Source: an uncultured Gemmatimonadales bacterium (lineage in GTDB: Bacteria > Gemmatimonadota > Gemmatimonadetes > Gemmatimonadales > GWC2-71-9). From it: a stretch of 64,000 nt of DNA. Below, piece by piece: positions 1 to 9,974 of this stretch (positions are counted from its first letter, which is position 1; every line of letters begins with the position of its first letter). A model generated the notes under the pieces. That model saw nothing but the letters and a program-made list of their open reading frames with translations. It was not told the DNA's origin and searched no databases. The stretch spans positions 1-64,000 of the forward strand of contig CAVSQW010000015.1 in assembly GCA_963730185.1 (NCBI GenBank), read 5' to 3'. Made by a program: the position numbers and the translations under genes.

Positions 1-478
1 ACTTGTCGAACCGATAGGTCTTGCCGACCTCGAGGGGCGTGGTGCGGATGAAGTAGAGGAACGCGGCGTCGTCGAGCGGCTGCGCCGGGGTCGGGCTGGT
101 TTCGGTGTGACCGCTCTCCCGAAAGAAGCCCGAGTCGGGAAAGATCTCGAACGCGGTCTTCCGGACGTTGTCGTTCTCCCGGTCGTCCTTCTTGAAGCGG
201 AGCGATCGGAACCCGTCGACCGTGGTCCAGGACTCCAGGGTGTTGTTGATCTTGAAGATGAAGTTCCCGCCCTCGAGTCGCATCCGGAACAAGAACGTGG
301 GCTGCTGGCGGACGGTGTCGATCTGGACCACCTGGAGCGACGCCTCGCCGAGCTTGAGGAGGCCCAGCTTGGCGGTGTACTCGAGCCGCTCGCCCACGCC
401 GAACGGATAGCCCGGCGCCCGGGTCGGCGCCTGCGCCGTCAGGGCCAGCAACGCGGAGATTACCGCGGGGAGCATCAT
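1..478 (-). CDS. DUF3108-like exported protein (3' end runs off the window)
   Basis: Manual translation MMLPAVISALLALTAQAP...PFGVGERLEYTAKLG...PLDDAAFLYFIRTTPLEVGKTY; signal peptide; start overlaps the upstream stop (ATGA at 475-478); absent from the ORF track because no stop lies in the window. Confidence 0.7.
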   Translation of the reverse strand, partial: MMLPAVISALLALTAQAPTRAPGYPFGVGERLEYTAKLGLLKLGEASLQVVQIDTVRQQPTFLFRMRLEGGNFIFKINNTLESWTTVDGFRSLRFKKDDRENDNVRKTAFEIFPDSGFFRESGHTETSPTPAQPLDDAAFLYFIRTTPLEVGKTYRFDK

Positions 479-1278
479 GCCTTCGGCCTCGCGGTCCGTT
501 CGCGCCGGGGGCGGGAGCGCCGCCGGGGCTTGGGAGGGGCCGGCTCCTGGCTGACTCGAGCATGGCGGATCGAGCGCCGGGCGCCGAACATGGCCCGGGC
601 CGCCACCCAGGGCTCGACCCGCGACGGCCGGTTCCGGAGGTCGTGGCGCTCGTCGAACGCGGTCGCCTCGACCCGCCGGGCGTGGGCCGCGGCGCGGGCG
701 AGGAGCTCGGCGGTGGCGACCCAGCCTTCGCCGCCAAGGACGGGTTCGGGGGCGTCGAAGACCGGTCGCACGGTCGCCAGCCGGAGCGCGACGAACCCGG
801 ACAGCGGGTCGCGCACTCCGGGCAGGCCCACCGCGGGCCGGAGCCAGAAGGCGCCGAAGCGACGGGCCCAGCGGTAGCCGCGCGAGGCCTCGCCTTCGAG
901 GCGCCCCTCGGCCACCACGAGGTCGGCCCCGCTGTCGAGCCTCCGGACCAGGTCGCCAAGCGCTTCCGGCCGGTGGACGTAGTCGGCGTGCATCAGGACG
1001 GCGCAGTCCCGCCGGGGACGATCGCTCAGCTCCAGGGCTCGGCGGAGCAGGGCCTCGACGGTCCGGGCGTAGCCAAGCTGCTCGGGTTGCTGGATCATGG
1101 TGAGAGGGACGACGCTGCCGTACTGCTCGAGCACGTCGGCGGTGTGGTCGGTCGAGCCGTCGTCGGCCACGATGATGTGGTACTCCCGGCCCAGCTCCTC
1201 GAAGACCTTTCTGATCTTCCAGAGAACCAGCCCCAGGGTCTCGGCTTCGTCATGGCTCGGCAGACACACGTAAATCAT
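475..1278 (-). CDS. Glycosyltransferase family 2
   Basis: N-terminal IYVCLPSHDE, ADDGSTD motif, HAD in the DxD position, RDPLSGF. Confidence 0.85.
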   Translation of the reverse strand: MIYVCLPSHDEAETLGLVLWKIRKVFEELGREYHIIVADDGSTDHTADVLEQYGSVVPLTMIQQPEQLGYARTVEALLRRALELSDRPRRDCAVLMHADYVHRPEALGDLVRRLDSGADLVVAEGRLEGEASRGYRWARRFGAFWLRPAVGLPGVRDPLSGFVALRLATVRPVFDAPEPVLGGEGWVATAELLARAAAHARRVEATAFDERHDLRNRPSRVEPWVAARAMFGARRSIRHARVSQEPAPPKPRRRSRPRRERTARPKA

Positions 1279-2356
1279 TGCGCATCAACGGCTAAAGAGA
1301 GCGAACGATACACAGATAGGGTGGCCTCGGCCATCCCCCCGACGGCATGCCGGCGGGCCACGTCCCGACCGGCCTCCGCGAGGGTCCGGGCGGCTCCGGA
1401 TCGCTCAGGATCCGGCTCACGGCGCCGGCCAATTCCAGGGGCCTTCCCGGCGGGACCAGGAGGCCGGCGCCGGGCTGGACCAGCTCGGGCAGTCCACCCG
1501 CCGCGGTCGCCACCACCGGGACGGCGAGCGCCATCGCGTCGAGGACGGCGGTTCCGAGGCCCTCGACCGTCGAGGGTGCTACGAACACGGCGGCCGTGGC
1601 GATCAGGGGCAGGGGGTCGTCCAGCCAGCCAGTGAAATGGATGCGTTCTCCGAGACCGGCGTCGCGCGCCCGGGCCACGAGCTGGTCACGAAGCGGGCCG
1701 GCCCCGGCCACGACCCAATGGAGGTCGGGCTCTGACCGGAGCAGCGCGGCCGCCGCGATCAGGTCGTCCAGGCCCTTCTCGGCCGTGAGTGCCGAGACGG
1801 TGACGGCCAGCGGAGCGGTCGCGGGGAGACGGAGCTGCGCCCGGATCGGTCCGGGTGCCGCCGTCCTGATCCGCTCGAGGTCGACGCCGTCGGGAATCGT
1901 CACCACCCGGCCGGGCCGGATTCCGGCGGCATCGACCTGGCGGCGAACCGCGTCGGAGATGGCGATGACCCGATCGGCCCGCTGCCAGAACCAGGGTCGG
2001 CGGAGTGGAAAGGCGGTCCGCCGATGGGCCACCAGCGGGACCCGCCGGAGGCCGGCCGCGAGCGCGGCCAGCGTGATGGCGTGGCCGTCGTGCGAATGGA
2101 GCACCGTGCCCGGGTGGGTCTCGGCGAGCAGGGCGAGGAAGGTCCGGGGCGAGAGGGCCGTGGCCCACGCCGTGGTCCGGGTCGGAATGCCGGCCTTGGC
2201 CAGGGCCGCCGCGAGACGGCTCTGCTCGGTGGTGACGACGAGCTGATCGACCCCGCGGTGAGCCAACTCCCGAGCCAGGAGGAGGACCTGTCGCTGCCCG
2301 CCCCGCCACTCCGGCGCCGAGGCGACGTGGACGACGCGGAGCCGGCCGGGGCTCAC
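1275..2356 (-). CDS. Glycosyltransferase family 4 (GT-B), apparent frameshift near 1390
   Basis: GTG at 2356 overlaps the upstream stop; WRGGQRQ, EKG and EGLGTAVLDAMA motifs; the shifted frame continues ARTLAEAGRDVARRHAVGGMAEATLSVY to a TGA overlapping the GT2 ATG. Confidence 0.85.
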
Positions 2357-2835
2357 TTCCCGAGCGAGTCGGGGAACAGGGGACAGCCGGGTTCCTCGAA
2401 CGCGGCCGGCGCGGCCCGGAGGCCGATCAGCGGCACCTCGGTCGCCCCGAGATTCACGCTGCCGAGCACGGGAGCGCCGGGGATGGGGGGGCCTTCGTAC
2501 ACGACCACGCCTCGGGCGCCGAGGACCGGGTCGACCACCAGCACCCCGAAACCGGGCTTGCTCTTCAGCGGGAGGGTGCCTTCGATTCCCACGACCCATC
2601 CCGAGTCGGTCCGCCCCACCAGGCCCCGGAAGGCCTCCGCGGCCGCCAGGCGGACGGCGAGGACCTCGGGCATCTTCTCGGGGGCGGTGCCGAGCGTGTG
2701 GCCCGGACGGGTGAATTCCTCGAGCAGCATTCCGGGACCGGCGAGCGCGGCGATTCCACACCGGGTCTTCCGTGCGCCCCCGCCGCACGCGACGAGCAGA
2801 AGGAGCAGGATCGGGCCGATGGAACGCACGCGCAT
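2353..2835 (-). CDS. Hypothetical lipoprotein
   Basis: Lipobox LLVAC after a hydrophobic stretch; first gene of a translationally coupled run. Confidence 0.7.
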   Translation of the reverse strand: MRVRSIGPILLLLLVACGGGARKTRCGIAALAGPGMLLEEFTRPGHTLGTAPEKMPEVLAVRLAAAEAFRGLVGRTDSGWVVGIEGTLPLKSKPGFGVLVVDPVLGARGVVVYEGPPIPGAPVLGSVNLGATEVPLIGLRAAPAAFEEPGCPLFPDSLGK

Positions 2836-2901
2836 GGCTCACTCGGAACGGGCGGGATGTGGTTCCCAAAGATACACCCGGGGGCTAACATTGGAGCCGC
2901 T

Positions 2902-3432
2902 ATGGGAATCGACGAACTCAAGGCCAGGCTCGATTCTCTCCTCCGGGATTTCACTCGTCCGGGCAGCTCGCGCGACCAGGCGGCGGCCCTTCACTCCGCC
3001 CTCGTCGACATGAAGGTCGGCCTCAAGGACCTGGAGCAGGCCCTTGGCGCCACCGAGCGGGAGCTGACGGGCGAACGGAGCGAGCTCGAGACCGCCGAAC
3101 GCCGAGGCCAGCTGGCCCGCGACATCGACGACGGGGAGACCGCTTCCATCGCCGATCAGTTCGTGACCCGGCACCGCGAACGGGTGGCGCTCCTGGAACG
3201 GAAGCTGGCGGTGCAGCAGGAGGAGCTCGCCATCTCCCGCCGCGAGTACGAAGAGCTCGCCGCGCGATACCGCGGGGCCCGCCAGGGCATTCCCGAGCCG
3301 GGTGTTCGCGCCGCCATGCCGGACCCTCTCGCCGAGGACGAGTTGCTCCAGGCCCAGGCCGATCGTCAAACGGCCGACGCCGCGGTCGAAGCACAGCTCG
3401 CCATGCTCAAGAAGAAGCTGGGCAAACAATAG
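2902..3432 (+). CDS. Coiled-coil protein, PspA/IM30-like
   Basis: GGAG before ATG 2902; long heptad coiled coil; C-terminal VEAQLAMLKKKLG resembles PspA termini. Confidence 0.6.
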   Translation: MGIDELKARLDSLLRDFTRPGSSRDQAAALHSALVDMKVGLKDLEQALGATERELTGERSELETAERRGQLARDIDDGETASIADQFVTRHRERVALLERKLAVQQEELAISRREYEELAARYRGARQGIPEPGVRAAMPDPLAEDELLQAQADRQTADAAVEAQLAMLKKKLGKQ

Positions 3433-3439
3433 GATCGCC

Positions 3440-4966
3440 ATGAGCGCATCGGACCGGAGCTTCTTCGGCCACCCCCGTGGTCTGTCGACCCTGTTCTTCA
3501 CCGAAATGTGGGAACGGTTCAGCTACTACGGGATGCGGGGCATCCTGATCCTGTTCATGACCAGCACGGTCGCGCAGGGCGGGCTGGGGCTGCCGGTGGA
3601 TCAGGCCGGGTCGATCTACGGCACCTACGTCGCCATGGTCTACATGACCACGATGGTCGGCGGCTGGCTGGCCGATCGGCTCCTCGGATTCCGGCGCTCG
3701 GTGTTCTGGGGCGGGGTGCTGATCATGGGCGGCCACGTGAGCCTGGCCGTGCCCGGCCTGGCCACCTTTTACCTCGGTCTGGTGCTGGTGGTCCTCGGCA
3801 CCGGACTTCTCAAAGGCAACATCTCCGCGATCGTCGGTCAGCTCTACGAGGGCGACGACGATACCCGGCGCGACGCCGGGTATTCGCTCTACTACATGGG
3901 TATCAACCTGGGCGGCGCCATCGGTCCGATCGCGGTCGGCCTCTTCGCGCAGCACCCCTGGTTCAAGGGCGTGCTCCGCTCCTGGGGTCTGCCGGTCGAG
4001 TCGGCGTGGCACTTCGGCTTCGCGCTGGCCGCCGTCGGGATGTTCTTCGGCTTGGTGCAGTACGTGCTGGGACAGAAGCGCCTCCCGGCCAAGTCGATCC
4101 CGCCGGCCGGCGGCACGGACCCGGTCAAGCTGGCCCGCGCCAAGCGGATCGTCGCTCTGTCGGCGGGCGGCACGCTGGTGGTCCTGCTGGCGCTCTGGGG
4201 CCTGACCCGGGCCGGCACGCTCACCATCACGCCGAACGGCGTGGGCCTCGCCTTCGACGTCCTGATCTCGGCGACGGTCATCGGGTTCTTCGGCTGGCTC
4301 TTCCTGAGCGGGAGCTGGACCCCACGCGAGCGGAAGCGGCTGGTGGTGGTCTTTGTGTTGTTCCTGGCGGCCTCGGTGTTCTGGGCCGGGTTCGAGCAGG
4401 CGGGATCGACCCTCACGCTCTTCGCCCAGCGGAATACCCGACCCACCTTCCTCGGGATGACGTTCCCGGCCAGCTGGTTCCAGTCGATCAACTCGATCTT
4501 CATCATCATCTTCGCGCCGGTCTTCGGATGGATCTGGCTCCGGCTGGGCCGTCACGACCCGTCGCGACCCACCAAGTTTGCGCTCGGGCTCTTCCTGTCG
4601 TCGCTGGGCTACGTCGCGATGTTCTTCGCCGCCAAGGCGGCGGCGAACGGCGCGCTGGTGAGCCCGATGTGGCTGGTCCTCTGCTACCTGATGCAGACCT
4701 TCGGCGAGCTCTGCCTGAGCCCGGTGGGGATGAGCGCGATGTCCAGCCTGGCGCCGGCCCGAGTCGGCGGCCTCATGTTCGGGGTCTGGTTCCTGGCCAG
4801 CTCGGTCGGCAACAAGATCGCCGGCCGGGTGGGCGGGCTCTACGAATCCTTCTCGCTTCCCACGATCTTCGGCGCCAACGCGGGGTTCGTGCTGGTGTTC
4901 GCCGTCCTGATGGCCCTCCTGATCGTGCCCATCAAGCGGATGCTGGCCCGGCCCGACCCGGCGTGA
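3440..4966 (+). CDS. POT family proton-dependent oligopeptide transporter
   Basis: FFGHP, EMWERFSYYG, YYMGINLG and ELCLSPVG signatures. Confidence 0.95.
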   Translation: MSASDRSFFGHPRGLSTLFFTEMWERFSYYGMRGILILFMTSTVAQGGLGLPVDQAGSIYGTYVAMVYMTTMVGGWLADRLLGFRRSVFWGGVLIMGGHVSLAVPGLATFYLGLVLVVLGTGLLKGNISAIVGQLYEGDDDTRRDAGYSLYYMGINLGGAIGPIAVGLFAQHPWFKGVLRSWGLPVESAWHFGFALAAVGMFFGLVQYVLGQKRLPAKSIPPAGGTDPVKLARAKRIVALSAGGTLVVLLALWGLTRAGTLTITPNGVGLAFDVLISATVIGFFGWLFLSGSWTPRERKRLVVVFVLFLAASVFWAGFEQAGSTLTLFAQRNTRPTFLGMTFPASWFQSINSIFIIIFAPVFGWIWLRLGRHDPSRPTKFALGLFLSSLGYVAMFFAAKAAANGALVSPMWLVLCYLMQTFGELCLSPVGMSAMSSLAPARVGGLMFGVWFLASSVGNKIAGRVGGLYESFSLPTIFGANAGFVLVFAVLMALLIVPIKRMLARPDPA

Positions 4967-4986
4967 CGCCAGCGGGTGCGGCACCG

Positions 4987-7900
4987 ATGAGACGAGCATC
5001 GACCTGGGCGCTCCTTGCGGGCGCCCTGGCGCTGGGGGCGTGCGCCGGACCCGCGGCCGGTCCGTGGCAGTCGGCTCAGGGGTATCGCTGGCGGGCGCTC
5101 GCGCCGGCGGGGCGGGGCGGCCCCGGCTTCACCTCTCTTCGGGCCGGCCGGGCCGGAATCGACTTCCAGAACGACGTGAGCGACTCGGCCGCCCGGCGGA
5201 ACCGGCACCTGATGCACGGCTCCGGCGTGGCGATCGGCGACGTGGATGGCGACGGCCGGCCCGACGTCTACCTGCCCCGGATCGAGGGGCCGAACGCCCT
5301 CTACCGCAATCTCGGTGGCTGGCGCTTTGCCGACGTGGCCCGCGAAGCGGGGGTGGCGCTCGCCGACCGGGCCTCGACCGGCGCGGTCTTCGCCGACCTG
5401 GACGGCGACGGGGACCTCGACCTGATCGTGACCGCCATGGGCGGCCGTAACACGCTCTTCCTGAACGACGGCCGGGGCCACTTCACCGACGCGACCGCCA
5501 CCAGCGGATTCGTGCCCGAATCGCGGGGCAGCACCACCGCGACCCTGGCCGACGTCGACGGCGACGGCGACCTCGACCTCTATGTCACCAACTACAAGGC
5601 CCGGACCATGCTCGACTCGCTCTCGCCGGCCGAGCGGTCGTTCGATCACGTGGTCCGGAAGGTGGGCGAGCGGTTCGAGGTGATCCCCGAGCTCCGCAAC
5701 AACTACCGGGTCGTGCTCCGCGAGGACATCCGGGGCGTGAGCCTGGTGCAGCGGGCCGATCCGGACTGGTTCTATCTCAACGACGGGAAGGGACACTTCA
5801 CCCGGGTGCCGCTGGCCGGATCGTCCCGCTTCCTCGACGAGCGGGGGCGGCCGCTCGAGCGGGAGCCCGATGACTTCGGCCTGGCCGCCCGGTTCGTCGA
5901 CTTCACCGGCGACGGGGCCCCCGATCTCGTGGTCGCCAACGACTTCGAGGACCCCGATCAGTTCTGGGTCAACGACGGCAAGGGCAACTTCCGGCTCCTG
6001 GCGGCCTCGGCGATCCGCCAGACGAGCAACTCGGCGATGGCGGTCGCCGCGGCCGACATCGACCGCGACGGGCGGGTGGACCTCTTCGAGCCCGACATGC
6101 TGGCCCAGGACAGCCACCGGCGGAAGACCGAGATGCCGGCCAACACGGCGGTGCCCAAGGTGCCCGGCGATTACCGGACCCGGGCCCAGTGGCAGCGGAA
6201 CGTGCTCCTCCACAACCGAGGCGACGGCAGCTTCGAGGAGATCGCGAGCGCGGCGGGCGTCGAGGCCTCGGGCTGGTCCTGGTCGGCGCTCTTCCTGGAC
6301 GTGGACCTCGACGGATACGAGGACCTCCTGATCGGGAACGGTCATACCTGGGACCTGATGGACGCCGACACCCAGGAACGGCTCCGGTCGATGCCGGCCG
6401 GGTTCGACTGGCGCGACGAGCGGAAGCTCTATCCCAAGCTCTCGCTCAAGAACGTGGCCTTCCGGAACCGGGGCGACCTCACCTTCGAGGACGTCTCCGC
6501 GCGCTGGGGCTTCGGGGTCGAGGACGACATCTCGAACGGGATGGCGATCGGCGATCTGGACGGCGACGGCGACCTCGACGTGATCGTCAACCGGCTCGAC
6601 GCGCCGCCGCTCCTGCTCCGGAACGACGCCTCGCCGGCGCGGGTCGAGGTTCGGTTGGCGGGACGGGCGCCGAACACCCATGGGGTCGGGGCCGTGGTCC
6701 GGGTTCGGGGAGCGGGAGCGGTGCCCGAACAGTCGCGAGAGATCGGGGCGGGCGGCCTCTATCTGTCGAGCTCCGAGGCGGCGGCGACCTTCGCGACCGG
6801 CTCGGCCGACTCGGTCTCGATCGAGGTCGACTGGCGGGACGGGACCCGGTCGCTGATCCGGGGCCCCGTGAACCGGGAATACGAGATCGACGAGGCCGGG
6901 GCGCCGCCGGCGCCGCCGGCGCCGGCCGCCGCCCCAGTCACCCCGCTCTTCGCGGACGTCTCCGACCGGATCGACTTCACCCCGACCGAACGGCCCTTTC
7001 CCGACCTGGCTCGGCAACCGCTCCTTCCCTGGAAGCTCTCCGAGTTAGGGCCCGGCGTCAGCTGGATCGACGTGGACGGCGACGGCCGCGACGATCTGGT
7101 CGTGGGCGCGGGGGCGGGCGGTACCGTGACGGTGTTCGCCAACCAGGGACGGGGCCGGTTCCGGCGGTTGCCCACTCCCCGGCGGGCCGACTCGCTGGAT
7201 TTGACGACCGTGCTCGGGCTGGGTCAGGGGCGCGGGGCCCAACTGGCGGTGGGGCGCTCGAGTTACGAGGCGCGAAGTCCGAGGCAGGCGGTCTCGGAGC
7301 CGGCCGTGGTGCGTCTCGGGGCGGGCCGCGCCGATCAGCCGAGCGTCGTGGCCGGCGGCGACACCACCAGCGTCGGGCCGCTCGCGCTCGCCGACGTCGA
7401 CGGCGACGGCGACCTCGACCTGTTCGTGGGCGGCCGGGTGGCGCCCGCCGTCTACCCGGCTCCGGGGTCGAGCCGGCTCTTCCGGAACGACGGTGGGCAC
7501 TTCGTCCTCGACACCGCCAACGCCGCGCTACTCCATACCATCGGGCTGGTGTCGGGGGCGGTGTTCACCGACCTCGACGGCGACGGCGATCCCGACCTCG
7601 TGCTGGCGGTCGAGTGGGGCCCGATCCGGGTCCTGATCAACGACGCGGGCCGGTTCACCGATCGGACCGCGGAGTGGGGACTCGCCGCCTGGACCGGTCG
7701 CTGGAACGGAGTGGCCGCCGGCGACTTCGACGGCGACGGCCGCCTCGACCTGGTCGCCACCAACTGGGGTCGGAACACCGCCGTGCAGGCCGACTCCGCG
7801 GCGCCGCTCTACCTCTACTACGGCGACTACAACGGGACCGGGGTGGTTGAGACCGTGCTGGCGCGGCTCGACTCCCGGCTCCAGGCCATCGCGCCGCTCA

Positions 7901-8664
7901 CCCCCTTCGCCCGACTGGCCACCGTGATCCCCTCGAGCCGGAGCCGGGTACCGAGCTTCACGGCCTACGCCGACGCCTCGATCGACCAGGTGCTCGGCGA
8001 CCGGGTCCACCGCGGCGGGCGGGCCGAGGCGCGGACCCTCGACCACATGGTGTTCCTGAACCGGGGCGACCACTTCGACGCCGCGGCGTTGCCGTTCGAG
8101 GCCCAGCTGGCGCCGGCGTTCGGGGTGGCGGTCGCCGACTTCGACGGCGACGGGAACCAGGACCTGATGCTGGCCCAGAACTTCTCCGCGACCGACCTCC
8201 TTACCCCGCGATTCGACGCGGGGCTCGGCGTGCTGCTCCGGGGTGGCGGTGATGGTCGCTTCACGGTGGTCGGGTCGCGGGCGTCGGGGATCGCGATGGT
8301 GGAGGACCAGCGGGGCGTCGCGGTCGCCGATTTCGATGGCGACGGCCGGCCCGACCTGGCGGTTGGACGGAGCGCCGCGCCGGTGGCCCTCTTCCGGAAC
8401 CAGGGCGGGAAGCCGGGGTTGGTCGTTCGCTTCAAGGGAGATCCGACCGGGGCGGTTCTTCGGGTCGTGTATCCGGACGGCAAGGGCCCCGCGTCGGAGG
8501 TGCACGCCGGGGCCGGCTACTGGTCGGAGGACGGCTCGCTCAGCTTGGGGCTTCGGGCGGCGCCGGTTGCGGTGGCGGTACGCTGGCCCGGTCGGCCTGA
8601 GGCCGAGGTGCGCCTGCCGCCGGGGGCCCGGGAGGTGCTGCTCACCAGGCCACTTCGGCCGTAG
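4987..8664 (+). CDS. FG-GAP/VCBS repeat lipoprotein with ASPIC/UnbV domain
   Basis: Lipobox LALGAC; many DxDGDGDLD repeats; central NTHGVGAVVRV...GGLYLSS segment. Confidence 0.9.
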   Translation: MRRASTWALLAGALALGACAGPAAGPWQSAQGYRWRALAPAGRGGPGFTSLRAGRAGIDFQNDVSDSAARRNRHLMHGSGVAIGDVDGDGRPDVYLPRIEGPNALYRNLGGWRFADVAREAGVALADRASTGAVFADLDGDGDLDLIVTAMGGRNTLFLNDGRGHFTDATATSGFVPESRGSTTATLADVDGDGDLDLYVTNYKARTMLDSLSPAERSFDHVVRKVGERFEVIPELRNNYRVVLREDIRGVSLVQRADPDWFYLNDGKGHFTRVPLAGSSRFLDERGRPLEREPDDFGLAARFVDFTGDGAPDLVVANDFEDPDQFWVNDGKGNFRLLAASAIRQTSNSAMAVAAADIDRDGRVDLFEPDMLAQDSHRRKTEMPANTAVPKVPGDYRTRAQWQRNVLLHNRGDGSFEEIASAAGVEASGWSWSALFLDVDLDGYEDLLIGNGHTWDLMDADTQERLRSMPAGFDWRDERKLYPKLSLKNVAFRNRGDLTFEDVSARWGFGVEDDISNGMAIGDLDGDGDLDVIVNRLDAPPLLLRNDASPARVEVRLAGRAPNTHGVGAVVRVRGAGAVPEQSREIGAGGLYLSSSEAAATFATGSADSVSIEVDWRDGTRSLIRGPVNREYEIDEAGAPPAPPAPAAAPVTPLFADVSDRIDFTPTERPFPDLARQPLLPWKLSELGPGVSWIDVDGDGRDDLVVGAGAGGTVTVFANQGRGRFRRLPTPRRADSLDLTTVLGLGQGRGAQLAVGRSSYEARSPRQAVSEPAVVRLGAGRADQPSVVAGGDTTSVGPLALADVDGDGDLDLFVGGRVAPAVYPAPGSSRLFRNDGGHFVLDTANAALLHTIGLVSGAVFTDLDGDGDPDLVLAVEWGPIRVLINDAGRFTDRTAEWGLAAWTGRWNGVAAGDFDGDGRLDLVATNWGRNTAVQADSAAPLYLYYGDYNGTGVVETVLARLDSRLQAIAPLTPFARLATVIPSSRSRVPSFTAYADASIDQVLGDRVHRGGRAEARTLDHMVFLNRGDHFDAAALPFEAQLAPAFGVAVADFDGDGNQDLMLAQNFSATDLLTPRFDAGLGVLLRGGGDGRFTVVGSRASGIAMVEDQRGVAVADFDGDGRPDLAVGRSAAPVALFRNQGGKPGLVVRFKGDPTGAVLRVVYPDGKGPASEVHAGAGYWSEDGSLSLGLRAAPVAVAVRWPGRPEAEVRLPPGAREVLLTRPLRP

Positions 8665-8715
8665 GCGGCTGGCCGCTCCGAACTCGGGGTAGGCGCTGGA
8701 GGGACTCGGGGGCTG

Positions 8716-9462
8716 TCAGGGCGCGGCTCGGGTCCAGATGACGACGACCCCGCAGCCGGCGGTTGAGCCGGTGAACTCCGCCGGGATCTCGCCGCTCCCG
8801 CGATAGACCTCGATACCCTGGACGTCGGCGATCGGGGTGCTCTCGGCGAAGGAGCGGACCTCGACGCCGTCGACCCAGAAGGACGGGCCGCAGCCGGGGG
8901 CTGCCCGGGCCATTTGGATCCGGCAGTCGATGGCTCCACAGTTGACCTTGACGCCCTTCACGGTTCGGAGGGCGTCGCCCATGTTCATGTAACCGCGGTT
9001 CCGGATCTCGTCGCGGGTAATGAAGTGGCCGACCCCGCGGGCTCGCCGCCGCTCGAAGTCGTTGAATCGAACCAGGGTCTTGGACGCTTTCTCCTCGACC
9101 TCGAGGTCGGGGAGCTTCTCACCGGTGAACTCGAGCTCGAACGTCTTCTGGATGGTCTGGCCGGGGAGGAACTCGAGATACGCGGTCAGGGGCTTGTAGC
9201 CGACGACCCGGATGTCGATCCGGCGCCGCCCGGGCTCGAGGTTGGAGATCACGAACCGGGCCTGGCTCGACAGCACAGCGTGGACGTTCTGCATGTCGAT
9301 GAGGACCTCGGCGTTGGTCAGGGCCTCACTGGTCCGGCTATCGTAGGCCCGTCCGATCAGGGCTGCCCGTTCCGGTTCCTGGGCACGAGCGGTTCCGGCG
9401 CTCAGCGACAGCGCCGCGAGGGCAAGTCCGGCAACGGAAGCTGGCCACCGTGATGGGCGCAC
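8716..9462 (-). CDS. Exported protein with carboxypeptidase-regulatory-like domain and TonB plug-like domain, no barrel
   Basis: AAGGGAGG before GTG 9462; signal peptide; GFxERR-like FERRRARGVGHFITRDEI and GIEVYRG...CGVVVIWT. Confidence 0.75.
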   Translation of the reverse strand: MRPSRWPASVAGLALAALSLSAGTARAQEPERAALIGRAYDSRTSEALTNAEVLIDMQNVHAVLSSQARFVISNLEPGRRRIDIRVVGYKPLTAYLEFLPGQTIQKTFELEFTGEKLPDLEVEEKASKTLVRFNDFERRRARGVGHFITRDEIRNRGYMNMGDALRTVKGVKVNCGAIDCRIQMARAAPGCGPSFWVDGVEVRSFAESTPIADVQGIEVYRGSGEIPAEFTGSTAGCGVVVIWTRAAP

Positions 9463-9974
9463 GGTGCCTCCCTTCTTGGTGCGAGTGGCGTGGGGCCATC
9501 GCGCCGATGGGTTGGGTTGGTCTGTGGGCCTGGTTGCGCTTTCCCCCGCCCGCAACGAATATAGGACGTTAGCCCCGGCATACCTGCGATTCAGTTTGAG
9601 ACGCCGACAGGAGGACGCTCCTGGCGGAATCGGGCTGTTCTAACGCTCAGAATGGGCGGTGGATCGGTCGGGGATCTCCGGTATTCCCAGGCCTGTGTCA
9701 CACGGACACGGTGCCGTTGGCTCGCCCGTGTCCATTTAACACGAATCGAATCAGGGACGACTGGGGAAGTTGTTTCTGGCCAATTGCTTCGACAGGCTCC
9801 GACGGGGGCATGTATCGTGCTCTGACAGAGGGCGTGCCGCTTCGGCACACAAGTCATTCATTAGTTGCTGGTTGCTTGAACTTCCGCCAGGGTCGCTCCG
9901 GCAGGACGGCCACATCCGTTCATGCGGCTCTGTTGCGGAAGACGGTCCCGAATTCACTCCAAACCGAGGAACGT

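Noticed and set aside
3508..4986. N-terminal extension of the 1718-aa ORF
   Set aside because: Overlaps the POT transporter out of frame; the real protein starts at the lipoprotein signal near 4987
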